A stretch of 64,000 nucleotides of DNA from an archaeon (GCA_043822105.1 JBDRCD010000009.1:67098-131097); one strand, 5' to 3'; positions 49,366 through 58,858 are shown, numbered from the stretch's first letter. The notes: generated by a model not told the origin, from the letters alone. Made by a program: numbers and translations.

Positions 49366-49959
49366 CTAATATGGAGTTCCTTTTCCTCCACGCCAGGGTT
49401 TATTCTCAGGGTATGGAGTTTTTAGTTTCAGAAATTTCTTGACTTCCCTGTTCACATCATAGCATTTCTTGTAAAGCTCAAGCCTATGTGCTTCCCAGTA
49501 AGGTTTGTAGATTCTTTCTCTGAAAAATTTATCGAAATGTTTCAATATTGTGTGATTCTGCCACCTGTTCGTATAATCTAGCTGTAGCCATGCTTCGCAG
49601 AACATTGTTATGCTTCCTTTCCATGTTTTATGTTTTTTTCCGTCAACAACTATTTCAATTGTTTTCATCATCAAACATCTGACATCAAGCTTCATAAGAT
49701 ATCTTGTATATTGGCTATCATTAGGTATGAGTTGGAATCTCCACCAATATCTCATTTCTTTTCCAACATTGGGAACATCTCTTTGAAAGTAGAATTCCTC
49801 TGCCTCACCGCCTTTTGGATTCTCCCAGCCTTCTTCGTCAAAGAAATCATACATCATCTGGTAAAGACTTTTAAGATTGAAAATGCCGATATATTCTATC
49901 TCCCACTTGGCGACCCTTATGTCTCTTCTCCAGTCGCCTGGTCTGTAGGTTTTTGCCAT
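49366..49959 (-). CDS. Hypothetical protein (aromatic-rich)
   Basis: 197 aa ORF with TATA at ~49983-49990; no motif recognised. Confidence 0.75.
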   Translation of the reverse strand: MAKTYRPGDWRRDIRVAKWEIEYIGIFNLKSLYQMMYDFFDEEGWENPKGGEAEEFYFQRDVPNVGKEMRYWWRFQLIPNDSQYTRYLMKLDVRCLMMKTIEIVVDGKKHKTWKGSITMFCEAWLQLDYTNRWQNHTILKHFDKFFRERIYKPYWEAHRLELYKKCYDVNREVKKFLKLKTPYPENKPWRGGKGTPY

Positions 49960-49996
49960 TAGAATTTATTTTAGCTAAGTCTATATATAAAGTTTT

Positions 49997-50662
49997 TTAT
50001 TCAATGTCGAGAACCATTCTGAATGTTCGCCATATAAAATACCATAAAGAAACAGGTTTTGTTTCAAGCTTAACTTTTCCTTTTCTTACTGCTTCAAAGA
50101 AAGATTTGATGTTTTTTTCAGAGTCAACCAATCCATAAGTCATACCTATTTGTTTTAAATTATGTGCATCCGAAGTTCCAATTAATGTTTTGTTATACTT
50201 CTTTGCAACTCTATTTGCTTTTTTGTTAAGGTTAAAAAATAGCAAGTAGAAGTGAGAGTATTCAACTCCGTCAAACACATCGATGTTCTCAATAAGTGTT
50301 TTTCCAAGACAAGGCCCAACAACAAAGTAAGGATGTGGCGCGATTACAAGAATATCTTTTTTTCTTTTTTTCAAAGCTCTAATATCCTCAAAAGTCTTTA
50401 TTTCTTTAGACTCTGACTGCGAAACATTGTAAAGCAAAACTTCCTTTCCTTCTACGAGTTTCTCGACGCCAGGAATAAGAAGAACTCCTTTCTTTTCAGC
50501 GTACTTCTTCAAATCATTGTTGTAATAAACATCTCCATGAAAAGTTAATGCTAAAACTTCAAAACCCTGCTTTACAGCGTGAGCTATTAATTCTTTAGAA
50601 CTATACTTTATCTTATGATGTTTGTCCTCTCCTGCGTGTAAGTGTAAATCTGCTTTTAACAT
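49997..50662 (-). CDS. PHP-domain metal-dependent phosphoesterase
   Basis: DLHLH, LTFH, IPGVE, APHPY and GTSDAH. Confidence 0.9.
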   Translation of the reverse strand: MLKADLHLHAGEDKHHKIKYSSKELIAHAVKQGFEVLALTFHGDVYYNNDLKKYAEKKGVLLIPGVEKLVEGKEVLLYNVSQSESKEIKTFEDIRALKKRKKDILVIAPHPYFVVGPCLGKTLIENIDVFDGVEYSHFYLLFFNLNKKANRVAKKYNKTLIGTSDAHNLKQIGMTYGLVDSEKNIKSFFEAVRKGKVKLETKPVSLWYFIWRTFRMVLDIE

Positions 50663-50715
50663 ACGAGGAAGTGCTTGGTCAAGCTTTAAATAGTTTTCTT
50701 GATTTCTGCAAAGCT

Positions 50716-51006
50716 ATGGACAAGACAAATGAACCAATTGACTACTTGCTTTTAGTTGGTGATGATAGACATAGAGTAACTGTTCCAAAGGATATTGTAA
50801 AAAATTTAGGATTGGAATCAGGAGATAACATTAAAATAACTTATGTTAAAGTAGACAAATATGGAAAACAACCTACTTTACTCCCTTTTGTTTCAATACA
50901 ACCAATTGATGACATACACAGATTTAAGATTACTTCCAATGTAAAAAATTATTTAGAACTAAAAAGAGGAGATTATTTTCGTGCAATGATTGAGAAGTAT
51001 GCTTAA
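50716..51006 (+). CDS. AbrB/MraZ-like tandem swapped-hairpin DNA-binding protein
   Basis: Two repeats: DDRHRVTVPKDIVKNLGLESGD and DDIHRFKITSNVKNYLELKRGD; start moved to MDKTN. Confidence 0.7.
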   Translation: MDKTNEPIDYLLLVGDDRHRVTVPKDIVKNLGLESGDNIKITYVKVDKYGKQPTLLPFVSIQPIDDIHRFKITSNVKNYLELKRGDYFRAMIEKYA

Positions 51007-52085
51007 TCCAACCAACTATCCTGCTTTTTTAGCTTTTCAGGAAGATAGTTAGAAATTACAAAGTTTAGTCCGTGCTTTGCAAGTGCCTGCTGCTCTGCCC
51101 TGACTTTCATTTCCATTAATTGTCTCAAGGCTCTTATCCATTTCTTGTGGTGTTTGACAAATGGATCATTTTTGATACCATCTTTAATTCTTTTTATGTC
51201 AACGTCTTTTAGCGGGTGTGTCGGTAGTTTATAGTCAATGATGTCCTGAGGTGTTATTCCTATGAACTGTGCTTTTGGAACACAGAAGTATTTGTTTATA
51301 TGGGCTGCATTGCCGCTGCCGACTTTTAGTGTTCTGTAAATGTTAAGGAATCCGTAGGGGTCTCCGTCTGTGAATACCAGAACCGGAAGCTTTATATCAT
51401 CGCTTAACCTTCTAATAAATCTTCTACAGGCACGCGTTGGAACTCCACCCATACTAATTAAAATACAGTTTGCTTTTTTCCAGTAATTATGTTTTACAAG
51501 TCTTTGAAACATACCTGCTGTTTCGATTGCCAGAATAAATTTTGCATTGGTTTCAAACTTTAGTTCTTCAACGCTTGATGGAATAGAATATGCTCCGCTT
51601 CCAAACTTTGTACAGTCAATTCTTATGTCTGTTCCTGTATCGGGGTTTTTGTCAATCACAATTAGTTTTCCTGCAATGTCTCCGCCTTTTTCTTCAGGAA
51701 TAAAACCTAGTTTTTCTCTGTTGACTTCAAACATTGCTTCTACATCGTCCATTACAGTATCTGATTCCGGCTGCTCCTTAAACCTTGCATCTCCCCAGTT
51801 CTTGCTGACATAGTAGGCTTCTCTTTTTGTGGCAATGTCTTTACTTTCTATTAAATCCTTTGAAAGTGACATCATTTTGAGTGTTTGAGCAAAAGTTTTT
51901 ACGGTTGATGCGGCCAGAGTTCTTGATTTTATGCTTCCGTTTAGTTCAAAGAAACCATCGTTCGGATCATACTTTACATTGCTTAGGGCTCTGACTGGTG
52001 ATTCTAGTACAGGTTTTTCTTTTTTCTTAATCTTGTCATATATTTTTTTTGCCTCTGCAATTATTTTTTCAGTTGTTTCACTCAT
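51003..52085 (-). CDS. top6A: DNA topoisomerase VI subunit A
   Basis: TKREAYY (catalytic Tyr), F.EQ.ESD, IETAGMF, G.P..ACRRF, DGDPYG and AEQQAL. Confidence 0.96.
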   Translation of the reverse strand: MSETTEKIIAEAKKIYDKIKKKEKPVLESPVRALSNVKYDPNDGFFELNGSIKSRTLAASTVKTFAQTLKMMSLSKDLIESKDIATKREAYYVSKNWGDARFKEQPESDTVMDDVEAMFEVNREKLGFIPEEKGGDIAGKLIVIDKNPDTGTDIRIDCTKFGSGAYSIPSSVEELKFETNAKFILAIETAGMFQRLVKHNYWKKANCILISMGGVPTRACRRFIRRLSDDIKLPVLVFTDGDPYGFLNIYRTLKVGSGNAAHINKYFCVPKAQFIGITPQDIIDYKLPTHPLKDVDIKRIKDGIKNDPFVKHHKKWIRALRQLMEMKVRAEQQALAKHGLNFVISNYLPEKLKKQDSWLD

Positions 52086-52086
52086 T

Positions 52087-53829
52087 TTATTCTAATTCCT
52101 CTTTATCACTTTGTTCTTCCTGTTCTTCTTTTCCAATGCTTGCGAACTCTTCGTCATATTCTTCGTTTTTGTTCTTGTCAAATGTCATATCCTCAACTTC
52201 TCCTCTCTGTTTTTCCAATAGTTCTTCAAGCAGCTCCACAACATTCTTTTCTTCAATGTCAGAGTAATGCAATATGTCCTTTAAGGCGTCTGCAACGTGA
52301 GGTATGTATTTTTCAATGTAGCTCCTCTTTTTAATTTCATCATGAACTCTTCTTTTTTTACCAACATATCTGTATAGGTTTCTTCCAAGTTCCTGTAGAG
52401 CCAGTTTTATTTCTTTGATTATTTCAGGATAATGAGCCAAAGCTTCCTTCGCTTCACTTGTGAATGGAACCCAAACAGATGCAATGTGAACCAGAATAAC
52501 ACAGGGTCCCTGAGGCATGTTGTTTCCTGACTGCTGTAGTCCATAGCTTCTCCAGGAGGTCTTACACATTGAATCTGTAACTGCACAGGCACCCTGTTGA
52601 TACAGCAGAGGAACTTTGTTTGCAAATCTTAAAAGCTGAACTGAACCTTCTGCCTGAAGTGTTCCTCCATAGGCAAGTGCAGCTTCTATTATGAATGGAT
52701 TTCCTCTATAAACTGCAGGAGGCCTTGTGACACTTGTATAGAATTCTGCATTAACTTCCTTCTTCAGACCTTTCTCCAATAATTCTGCTCCAATTGGACT
52801 TATGCAGTCTGTTGGAGGAGTCATTATCTTTGTGTTTCTGATGGCTTCTATTATTTTTTCAGCGCTTTCATGGCTGATTCTTGCTGGTGTAGCCGTTGGC
52901 AGGATTGCTGCTTTTTCCAGTAGCTCCATGGCTGTCTTGCTGCCAACCCTTGAAAATTCTCTTTGCAGGAATAGTTTGATATTTTTTTCTTTGGTCCATT
53001 TCAGCATTTTCTGAAGTATTCCTAGTTCAATACCATAGGGGTGTGGTTTGATTTCTTCCGGTTGAAATGGAAGTTTGTCACTTGCTCTTGGAAAGATTAT
53101 CTGCTCTCCCTTTGGATTAACATAGATAATTGCAGCATGCGGATTAATTATTGCAGTTTGTTTAAGATATTCATCAACTGATTGGGATCCTTTAAGATAG
53201 CTTCCTTCAAGATCAATGGTTATCTTTGTCCCGTGATCACTGGTCCAGTCCCTTATCTCGTCTTTCATGATTGCAGGCATGTTTTTTTGAGTGTCAATTT
53301 TTAGTTCATAGTAGTGAGCCGGTTGGTTTGGGCCTATCTTGCTTCTAATGACTGCAGCTCTGCCTGTTGTTAACTGTCCGTACATCACGCTGGCTGATAT
53401 TCCTATTCCCTGTTGTCCACGACTTTGTCTTAGGCTGTGGAACTTTGAACCATAGAGAAGTTTTGCAAAGATTTTTGGAATCTGATTTTTTACAATTCCT
53501 GGTCCGTTGTCTTCAATTGATATTCTGAACCTGTCGTTTCCCATGTCTGTCATTACAATTTCCAGTTCAGGCAGAATTCCTGCTTCATCGCAGGCATCGA
53601 GAGAATTGTCAACGGCCTCTTTTATGGTTGTGAGAAGCGCTTTTCTTTTGTTATCAAAACCCAGAAGGTGTCTGTTTTTCTCAAAGAATTCAGCGATTGA
53701 GATGTCCCTCTGCTTCTTTGCCATCTCATGGGCTTTTGTTGAATTACTTGGAGTCTTTACTTCTGACTTTGGAGCCTCAATAATATCAGGTTTACTAAAA
53801 GAATCCAATCCCATATTTTCTTCAACCAT
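52087..53829 (-). CDS. top6B: DNA topoisomerase VI subunit B
   Basis: SIAEFFEKN, KEAVDNSLDA, EDNGPG, QSRGQQGIG, RFANKVPL and VPFTSEAKE. Confidence 0.97.
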   Translation of the reverse strand: MVEENMGLDSFSKPDIIEAPKSEVKTPSNSTKAHEMAKKQRDISIAEFFEKNRHLLGFDNKRKALLTTIKEAVDNSLDACDEAGILPELEIVMTDMGNDRFRISIEDNGPGIVKNQIPKIFAKLLYGSKFHSLRQSRGQQGIGISASVMYGQLTTGRAAVIRSKIGPNQPAHYYELKIDTQKNMPAIMKDEIRDWTSDHGTKITIDLEGSYLKGSQSVDEYLKQTAIINPHAAIIYVNPKGEQIIFPRASDKLPFQPEEIKPHPYGIELGILQKMLKWTKEKNIKLFLQREFSRVGSKTAMELLEKAAILPTATPARISHESAEKIIEAIRNTKIMTPPTDCISPIGAELLEKGLKKEVNAEFYTSVTRPPAVYRGNPFIIEAALAYGGTLQAEGSVQLLRFANKVPLLYQQGACAVTDSMCKTSWRSYGLQQSGNNMPQGPCVILVHIASVWVPFTSEAKEALAHYPEIIKEIKLALQELGRNLYRYVGKKRRVHDEIKKRSYIEKYIPHVADALKDILHYSDIEEKNVVELLEELLEKQRGEVEDMTFDKNKNEEYDEEFASIGKEEQEEQSDKEELE

Positions 53830-53926
53830 GTTTTTTATGATTTGCTATTTGTTTAATAACTTTACGAAAATGTACACTCTTTATTAGTTAGAAACATTTA
53901 TATATTTTTCAATTTATAGGTTTATC

Positions 53927-54388
53927 ATGGCTTATTCAGAACTGGTTTTTTTTATCAAAGAACAACTAGGTATGGGAAGGGATGCAAAAACAATAAGAGA
54001 TTACCTCATAAGGAGAAACATTGACTCTAAATCAGTTGACGCTGCATTTGATGAAGTGTTTGGTGCGAAGGAAGAAGAACCTAAAGGTCATGGTGAAAAA
54101 ATAGTTTTGGCAGGAATAGCTGTTTTGGTTTTTGTGTTTATTGGAGTGGGTTTTTTCTATTACAACCAGATAACTCCTGTTTCACCGGTAAGCGACAATG
54201 TGCCTTCTTTAGAACCTGTGAATGAGCTTCAGCAAAAATCTATCTGCAACTTTGATGATGATGAAGCAAAGTATCAATGCTATGCTGAAAAATTTGAGAA
54301 AGATGAAATTTTCTGTTATGAAATAGATGATGTTAGCGAGAGAGATTTTTGTTATATTGCTAAAGATATGTATGCTATGAGTGTTTAG
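53927..54388 (+). CDS. Single-TM hypothetical protein with Cys-containing extracellular repeats
   Basis: Small N-terminal helical domain, one TM and C..D...RD.CY-type repeats. Confidence 0.7.
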   Translation: MAYSELVFFIKEQLGMGRDAKTIRDYLIRRNIDSKSVDAAFDEVFGAKEEEPKGHGEKIVLAGIAVLVFVFIGVGFFYYNQITPVSPVSDNVPSLEPVNELQQKSICNFDDDEAKYQCYAEKFEKDEIFCYEIDDVSERDFCYIAKDMYAMSV

Positions 54389-54927
54389 AAATCATGCATT
54401 CTTTGTTCTTTTATCTGTCTTCTGAACTTTTCAAGTTTCTTGTAAACAGTGGAATGAGTTGCGCCATCCAGTAGCAAATCAACTGCGTTTCTTGCTGCTG
54501 CAACATTTTCTCCAAGACCAATTATTGAGACTGTTTTTCCATAGACTGAAACACTTGTTTCTGTGAGCTGTTCTATAATTTCTCTTGATTTACCTTTTTT
54601 TCCAATAACTCTTCCTCTGACTCTTTCAAGTTGATTTTTTTTGCCGGCAAAATCCGCAAGAGAAATAATTTCCACTGAATAGTCCTGTTTTAGAAGCAGT
54701 TTGGCTGTTTCAGGGTTGAAACCTCTGCCAATTGCCAGTATCATCTCCCTAACCTGATAGAGTTTTACAGCGTCTTTTCCAGATATGGTAACTATTCCTT
54801 CTTTTGAATCCACATCTATTTTGGTGCTTGTAAATTCCTCTAGTTCTTTCTTGGTTTCACCATTTTTTCCGATAACCACTGCTACTCTGGCTTTCGGAAT
54901 TTTCAATTCATGCATGTATTCGTCCAT
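54385..54927 (-). CDS. KH-domain ribosome biogenesis protein (Dim2/Pno1-like)
   Basis: IPKARVAVVIGKNG, AIGRGF.PE, GRVIGKKG, VYGKTV and G..H.TVY. Confidence 0.93.
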   Translation of the reverse strand: MDEYMHELKIPKARVAVVIGKNGETKKELEEFTSTKIDVDSKEGIVTISGKDAVKLYQVREMILAIGRGFNPETAKLLLKQDYSVEIISLADFAGKKNQLERVRGRVIGKKGKSREIIEQLTETSVSVYGKTVSIIGLGENVAAARNAVDLLLDGATHSTVYKKLEKFRRQIKEQRMHDF

Positions 54928-54962
54928 GTTAATAGAAGAAAAAGGAAGGTGCTATAAAAACT

Positions 54963-55652
54963 TTATTGAAGAATTTTCAGAATTTTATCAACTTTTTTCT
55001 CATCCAGCAGCTTTAGAAAGTATCTTTTAAGATTGTTTATGTCTCTATCATACAATTCTCTTACGCCCGGTGATCTTGTCAGAGTTGCCTGTGAAAAGTC
55101 TATTAATACAGGTTCATCGTCGTCATTTAAGATGTTAAACTCAGAAAGATCTCCGTGAACCAAACCCTGCTCTTTTAAATCCTTTACACATCTAACGATT
55201 TTTTTTAGGAATTCTTCTGGGTTATCAGGTCTTGAATCCTTTAGCATGGGTGCCGGACTTCCAATCATGTCCATTAATATTATGTTGTTTTTGAAGGTAA
55301 TCGGTGTAGGGACATTAATGACTTCTCTTGCAATCATCAGGTTTTTATATTCCCTCTGGGTCCATGCAAAGACGATGTCTCTTTTCTGTTTTTTCATGTT
55401 TATGTATCTAGGATCTGCTTTTATGTATTGATACATCTTGTTGAAATTGCAGTTCTCCAGACGGTATATCTTAACAATTATTTTTTCTCTGTTTTTAGTG
55501 GTTGCTGAGAACACATTGGCTTCCTTACCTATCATTATTGGGCTTCCCAACTCTTCGAAATGACCCTCACTGCTGAGCTTGAAGAGCGTTCGTAGAGAGA
55601 ACTCTGAAAAAACGTTTTTGTAGACTTTCCATTTCTCTTTTGCATCAGGCAT
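54963..55652 (-). CDS. rio1: RIO1-family Ser/Thr kinase
   Basis: GKEANVF, VKIYR, W..REYKNL, LVHGDLSEFNIL, IDFSQ and RDI.N. Confidence 0.93.
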   Translation of the reverse strand: MPDAKEKWKVYKNVFSEFSLRTLFKLSSEGHFEELGSPIMIGKEANVFSATTKNREKIIVKIYRLENCNFNKMYQYIKADPRYINMKKQKRDIVFAWTQREYKNLMIAREVINVPTPITFKNNIILMDMIGSPAPMLKDSRPDNPEEFLKKIVRCVKDLKEQGLVHGDLSEFNILNDDDEPVLIDFSQATLTRSPGVRELYDRDINNLKRYFLKLLDEKKVDKILKILQ

Positions 55653-55749
55653 GAGTATGAAAAGAGTTGTTAATATAAAAAACTATTGAGAAAAACAAAA
55701 ATTAGAATTTTTTAAGAAAATTAAAGTAAAAAAAATTAAATTATTAAAT

Positions 55750-57018
55750 TTATAGATCGTCTGCAGTTACAATTGTCAACCTGTTTGAGGTTGCTTTTGT
55801 TTCCATTGCGACAAGGAATTTAACGTATGTTCTTTCTGCTGAGATGACAAGATTCTTGTCTATTGCTCCGTCCAAAACAACTGCGTATATTCCTGTTTTC
55901 AGACTTTTGATTGTGCTTTCAAGTTCTGAAACAGGCACTTTTCCCAGAATATTCAGGCTTTCGTCAAGCACGTATGCTCCTCTTGTGCCAATCAGATCTT
56001 CAAGCATATCATTGAAGCTTTTCTTTTCTTCAGCTGTTAATTTTTTCTTTGCAAAAGTCGTTGTTCTTTCTTCTCTTTTTTCCGGTGGTCTGTTAGAAGT
56101 TCTTGTGTCTCTTGAAACGTTTCTTCTGTTGTCAATTCTTTCTGGTCTTTCATTGCTTACTTGTTTTTTTACTTGAGAAGCAGGTGCTTTTGATTCAAGC
56201 TTTGCCTGTTCTGCAGCCACTCTGCTTCTAAGTGCCTTGTGAATCTCTTTTTTAGTAATTTCTTCTACTTCTTTTCCGTCAGGAGCCTTTGTTACAAAGT
56301 CTATTTCTGCAACCCCTGATAGTTCTTTAATTATTAGGTCTCCTCCTCTGTCACCGTCGACAAAGACAGTTATTGTTTTCTTCTTGCTAAGTTCAATTAT
56401 TGTTTCAGGAACACTTGTTCCATTCATTGCAATTGCGTTTTTAAATCCGTGTTTTAACAGGTTCAAAACATCTGCTCTTCCTTCAACCAGTATGATATCT
56501 TCACTTTCATCGATTGCAGGTCCTGCAGGAAGTCTTTCTTTTCCATACTCCTGTATTTCCATAACTCTTACGGAATATGCAACTTCATCGGCAAGTTCTT
56601 GGCTGTCAGGAAGTACTCCGTCTGTCAAATCTCTCAGAAGTTGTTTTGCTCTGTCAACAACCTGCTGTCTTTTTGAGATTCTAATGTCTTCAATTGATGT
56701 AACTGTTGTTTTTGCATTGCATGGGCCTATTCTCTGAATTATTTCAAGAGCTGCAGCCACAATTGCGGTTTCTGCTTTGTCCAATGAAGATGGAATGATT
56801 ATTTCTCCTGCTGTTTTGCCTGTTTTTGTATCGGCTTCAACTTCGATTCTTCCTATTCTTCCTGATCTTTGAAGTTCTCTAAGTTCTAAATCTTCTCCCA
56901 GAAGTCCTTCTGTCTGTCCAAATATTGCTCCAATTACATCTGGTTTATCTACCACGCCCTCAATTTGTATGTTTGCGTGAATAATGTATTTTGCTGCACT
57001 CTGTGCGATTTTTGCCAT
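55750..57018 (-). CDS. dnaG: Archaeal DnaG (TOPRIM primase-like, exosome-associated)
   Basis: GVVDKPDVIGAIFGQTEGLLG.DLELRELQ, VEGRADV, DGDRGG and GKEVEE; start moved to MAKIAQ after SD GGAGG. Confidence 0.96.
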   Translation of the reverse strand: MAKIAQSAAKYIIHANIQIEGVVDKPDVIGAIFGQTEGLLGEDLELRELQRSGRIGRIEVEADTKTGKTAGEIIIPSSLDKAETAIVAAALEIIQRIGPCNAKTTVTSIEDIRISKRQQVVDRAKQLLRDLTDGVLPDSQELADEVAYSVRVMEIQEYGKERLPAGPAIDESEDIILVEGRADVLNLLKHGFKNAIAMNGTSVPETIIELSKKKTITVFVDGDRGGDLIIKELSGVAEIDFVTKAPDGKEVEEITKKEIHKALRSRVAAEQAKLESKAPASQVKKQVSNERPERIDNRRNVSRDTRTSNRPPEKREERTTTFAKKKLTAEEKKSFNDMLEDLIGTRGAYVLDESLNILGKVPVSELESTIKSLKTGIYAVVLDGAIDKNLVISAERTYVKFLVAMETKATSNRLTIVTADDL

Positions 57019-57019
57019 T

Positions 57020-57411
57020 TTATTTTCCTCCAAAAATTTTCTTTTTGGATGTCCCAAAAATCTTTGTGATTTTTGATACCTCCTTTTTAATCGTGAAATC
57101 ACAGTTTATAGAAGTATTTCAGTTGGAAATTATTCCCCAAATGATAAATGTGATTTATACTTCTTAGAACAAGCGTTGCTTTCTAAACTCAATTGTTGTG
57201 TAAGTGAATATGATCGTGAGCTTGTTCTGATGTGATTTGATGATTAATTATCATTAAATTTGTTGCCCGAGGCACCAACCCCAAATATCATTGCTTGACT
57301 GACGTCGTACTCAAGTGGGCACTCTCTGTGCCGGGCTGAGTCGTGTAAGAGTGTCTTTATCTCATAGCTGAACCCGAAGGTTCCTGCTCGAAAAAGGACC
57401 CATTTACACTA
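57020..57411 (-). ncRNA. Candidate large structured RNA / 5' leader of dnaG
   Basis: No long ORF; multiple perfect helices, a C(UUCG)G tetraloop, a GC-rich 5' half and TTTATAAA at 57433-57440. Confidence 0.6.
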
Positions 57412-57472
57412 CTAAAAGGAAATAATATTGGATTTATAAACATATCGATTATTGTTATAAGGTTTTTATTGT

Positions 57473-58858
57473 CTATAAATCACATCCACTCAGTTTTGAA
57501 AGTGTTTCAAAACTCTGCGTTCCAGGATATTGTTGCCCGTTTATAACCCATGTTGGATAGCCGCTAATTCCTGCCTCTTGACAGGCAATTGTTTGGGCTC
57601 TGGCGTCATCTTCCTCTGCACATTCAACATATTCAATGTTTTCAAATAAATCTCCGAACATCTCTTTTTGTTCGTTGCAGTGACTGCACCAGTATGCACC
57701 ATACATTTTAGCACCTGATTCACCAAGGCATTTTGCGAATGCTTCGAGTGAGTCTTCGTCAGATTCCTGTTCATCTATTTTTTCAATAGGTTCTATGGAT
57801 TCTGTCTGTCCTTCTGTGCAGGCTTCTGCTTCAGGAGTTTCAAGACAGTTGATTATTTCTGAATCGGTTCTTAGTCCTTCCATGTAAACAGCGAAAACAT
57901 CTTTTTGCTTTTCAAACACCAAACTTTCTTTCAGATCATTTTTTACTTCTTCAAAAGAAAGAGTTGTTTCAGAAATTTTATCCAATGTTTGTATAAGATG
58001 ATATCCAAATCCGGTTTTTGTGATGCTATACTTTTCTATTTCATTAGCAAATGCCGCATCCTTGTATTCCTGCACAAAGCTTGAAGATCTTGTGAATGCA
58101 GGATATTCTCCGCATGAAGCTATGCTTCCAGGATCTTCCGAATATTCGGTTACTAGATCGCAGAATGATTCTGGGTCTTCTGCAAGGGCTGCTTCAACCT
58201 CATCCATTATGGCCAAAGCTTCTTTGTCGGTTCTTTCAGGATCTATTGTTGATATCAAAATGTGTCTTGCTTTCACGCTTTCAGGTAGAGTAAAATCCTC
58301 AACATTGTCGTTGTAGTATTTTTCTGCTTCTTCATCGCTTACTTCAATATCTGTAAATACAACCGTGTCAAGGAATTCAAAAACTTTCAACTGATCTTCA
58401 AATTCTTTCAGTGAGTATCCTTGTGTATTAACATTTGCTTCCAATTCTTCGATTGTAATTTCATTCTCAGTCAGAATTTCTTCAATGTTATCATCCACTT
58501 CAACTCCTGCTGCTTCTGCTTCATATATCAATAATTTCTTGTCAATTAACTGGGACAAGATAGCATTTTTGTCAAGCGCCTGTTGTAATTCTATAGGTAA
58601 TCTACCCATCTCTGTGTCCAGTTCAGATTCATATATTATGTTGTTATTGACGACTGCAATTGTTGTGTCTGAAATTGTGGTTTCTGCTTCACTACCACCA
58701 AATTTCCATATCAGTAGAATAGCTACGATTGCTATAATAACTAGAGCTATGAAAACACCTGTTTTTGATGTTTTAGTTTTTGTTGACTTAAGCTCAGAAG
58801 TTTTCTCTTCTGGTTTTTTCTTAGTAGTTTTTTTAACTTTTCTCTTTGCCATATTCAA
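57473..58858 (-). CDS. Membrane-anchored SurA/PrsA-type parvulin PPIase fused to a thioredoxin-like domain
   Basis: N-terminal TM, AVVN..I, V.ARHILI, SEDPGS, FGYHLI; C-terminal MYGAYWCSHC..QK, YVEC and GYPTWVING. Confidence 0.88.
   Translation of the reverse strand: MNMAKRKVKKTTKKKPEEKTSELKSTKTKTSKTGVFIALVIIAIVAILLIWKFGGSEAETTISDTTIAVVNNNIIYESELDTEMGRLPIELQQALDKNAILSQLIDKKLLIYEAEAAGVEVDDNIEEILTENEITIEELEANVNTQGYSLKEFEDQLKVFEFLDTVVFTDIEVSDEEAEKYYNDNVEDFTLPESVKARHILISTIDPERTDKEALAIMDEVEAALAEDPESFCDLVTEYSEDPGSIASCGEYPAFTRSSSFVQEYKDAAFANEIEKYSITKTGFGYHLIQTLDKISETTLSFEEVKNDLKESLVFEKQKDVFAVYMEGLRTDSEIINCLETPEAEACTEGQTESIEPIEKIDEQESDEDSLEAFAKCLGESGAKMYGAYWCSHCNEQKEMFGDLFENIEYVECAEEDDARAQTIACQEAGISGYPTWVINGQQYPGTQSFETLSKLSGCDL

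Noticed and set aside
49305..49391. N-terminal extension of the PfkB kinase
   Set aside because: It overlaps the upstream gene and promoter; a TTG start at 49304 has a strong GGAGGTG SD and matches the family N-terminus.
50716..51006. AbrB/MazE antitoxin of a toxin-antitoxin pair
   Set aside because: No cognate toxin gene next to it; the tandem domain looks like a stand-alone regulator.
51003..55652. rio1-KH-topo VI cluster as a novel system
   Set aside because: This is a well-known conserved archaeal gene neighbourhood.
57019..57102. 28-aa N-terminal extension of DnaG from a GTG start
   Set aside because: DnaG-like sequence begins at MAKIAQ, which has its own GGAGG SD; the extension lies in the structured leader.
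57115..57128. Mini-ORB-like sequence TTCCAACTGAAAT (minus strand) suggesting a replication origin
   Set aside because: Single copy, no G-string, no cdc6/orc1 in the window, and it overlaps a predicted RNA hairpin; a chance match is plausible.
57065..57238. CRISPR-like array from the periodic TGTGATTT
   Set aside because: Only 8-9 nt are shared, far shorter than a CRISPR repeat, and there are no cas genes in the window.
57020..57411. RNase P RNA, tmRNA or hammerhead identity for the dnaG-upstream RNA
   Set aside because: I could not find the GAGGAAAGUCC/P4 consensus, tRNA-like ends with a tag ORF, or the CUGANGA/GAAA core.
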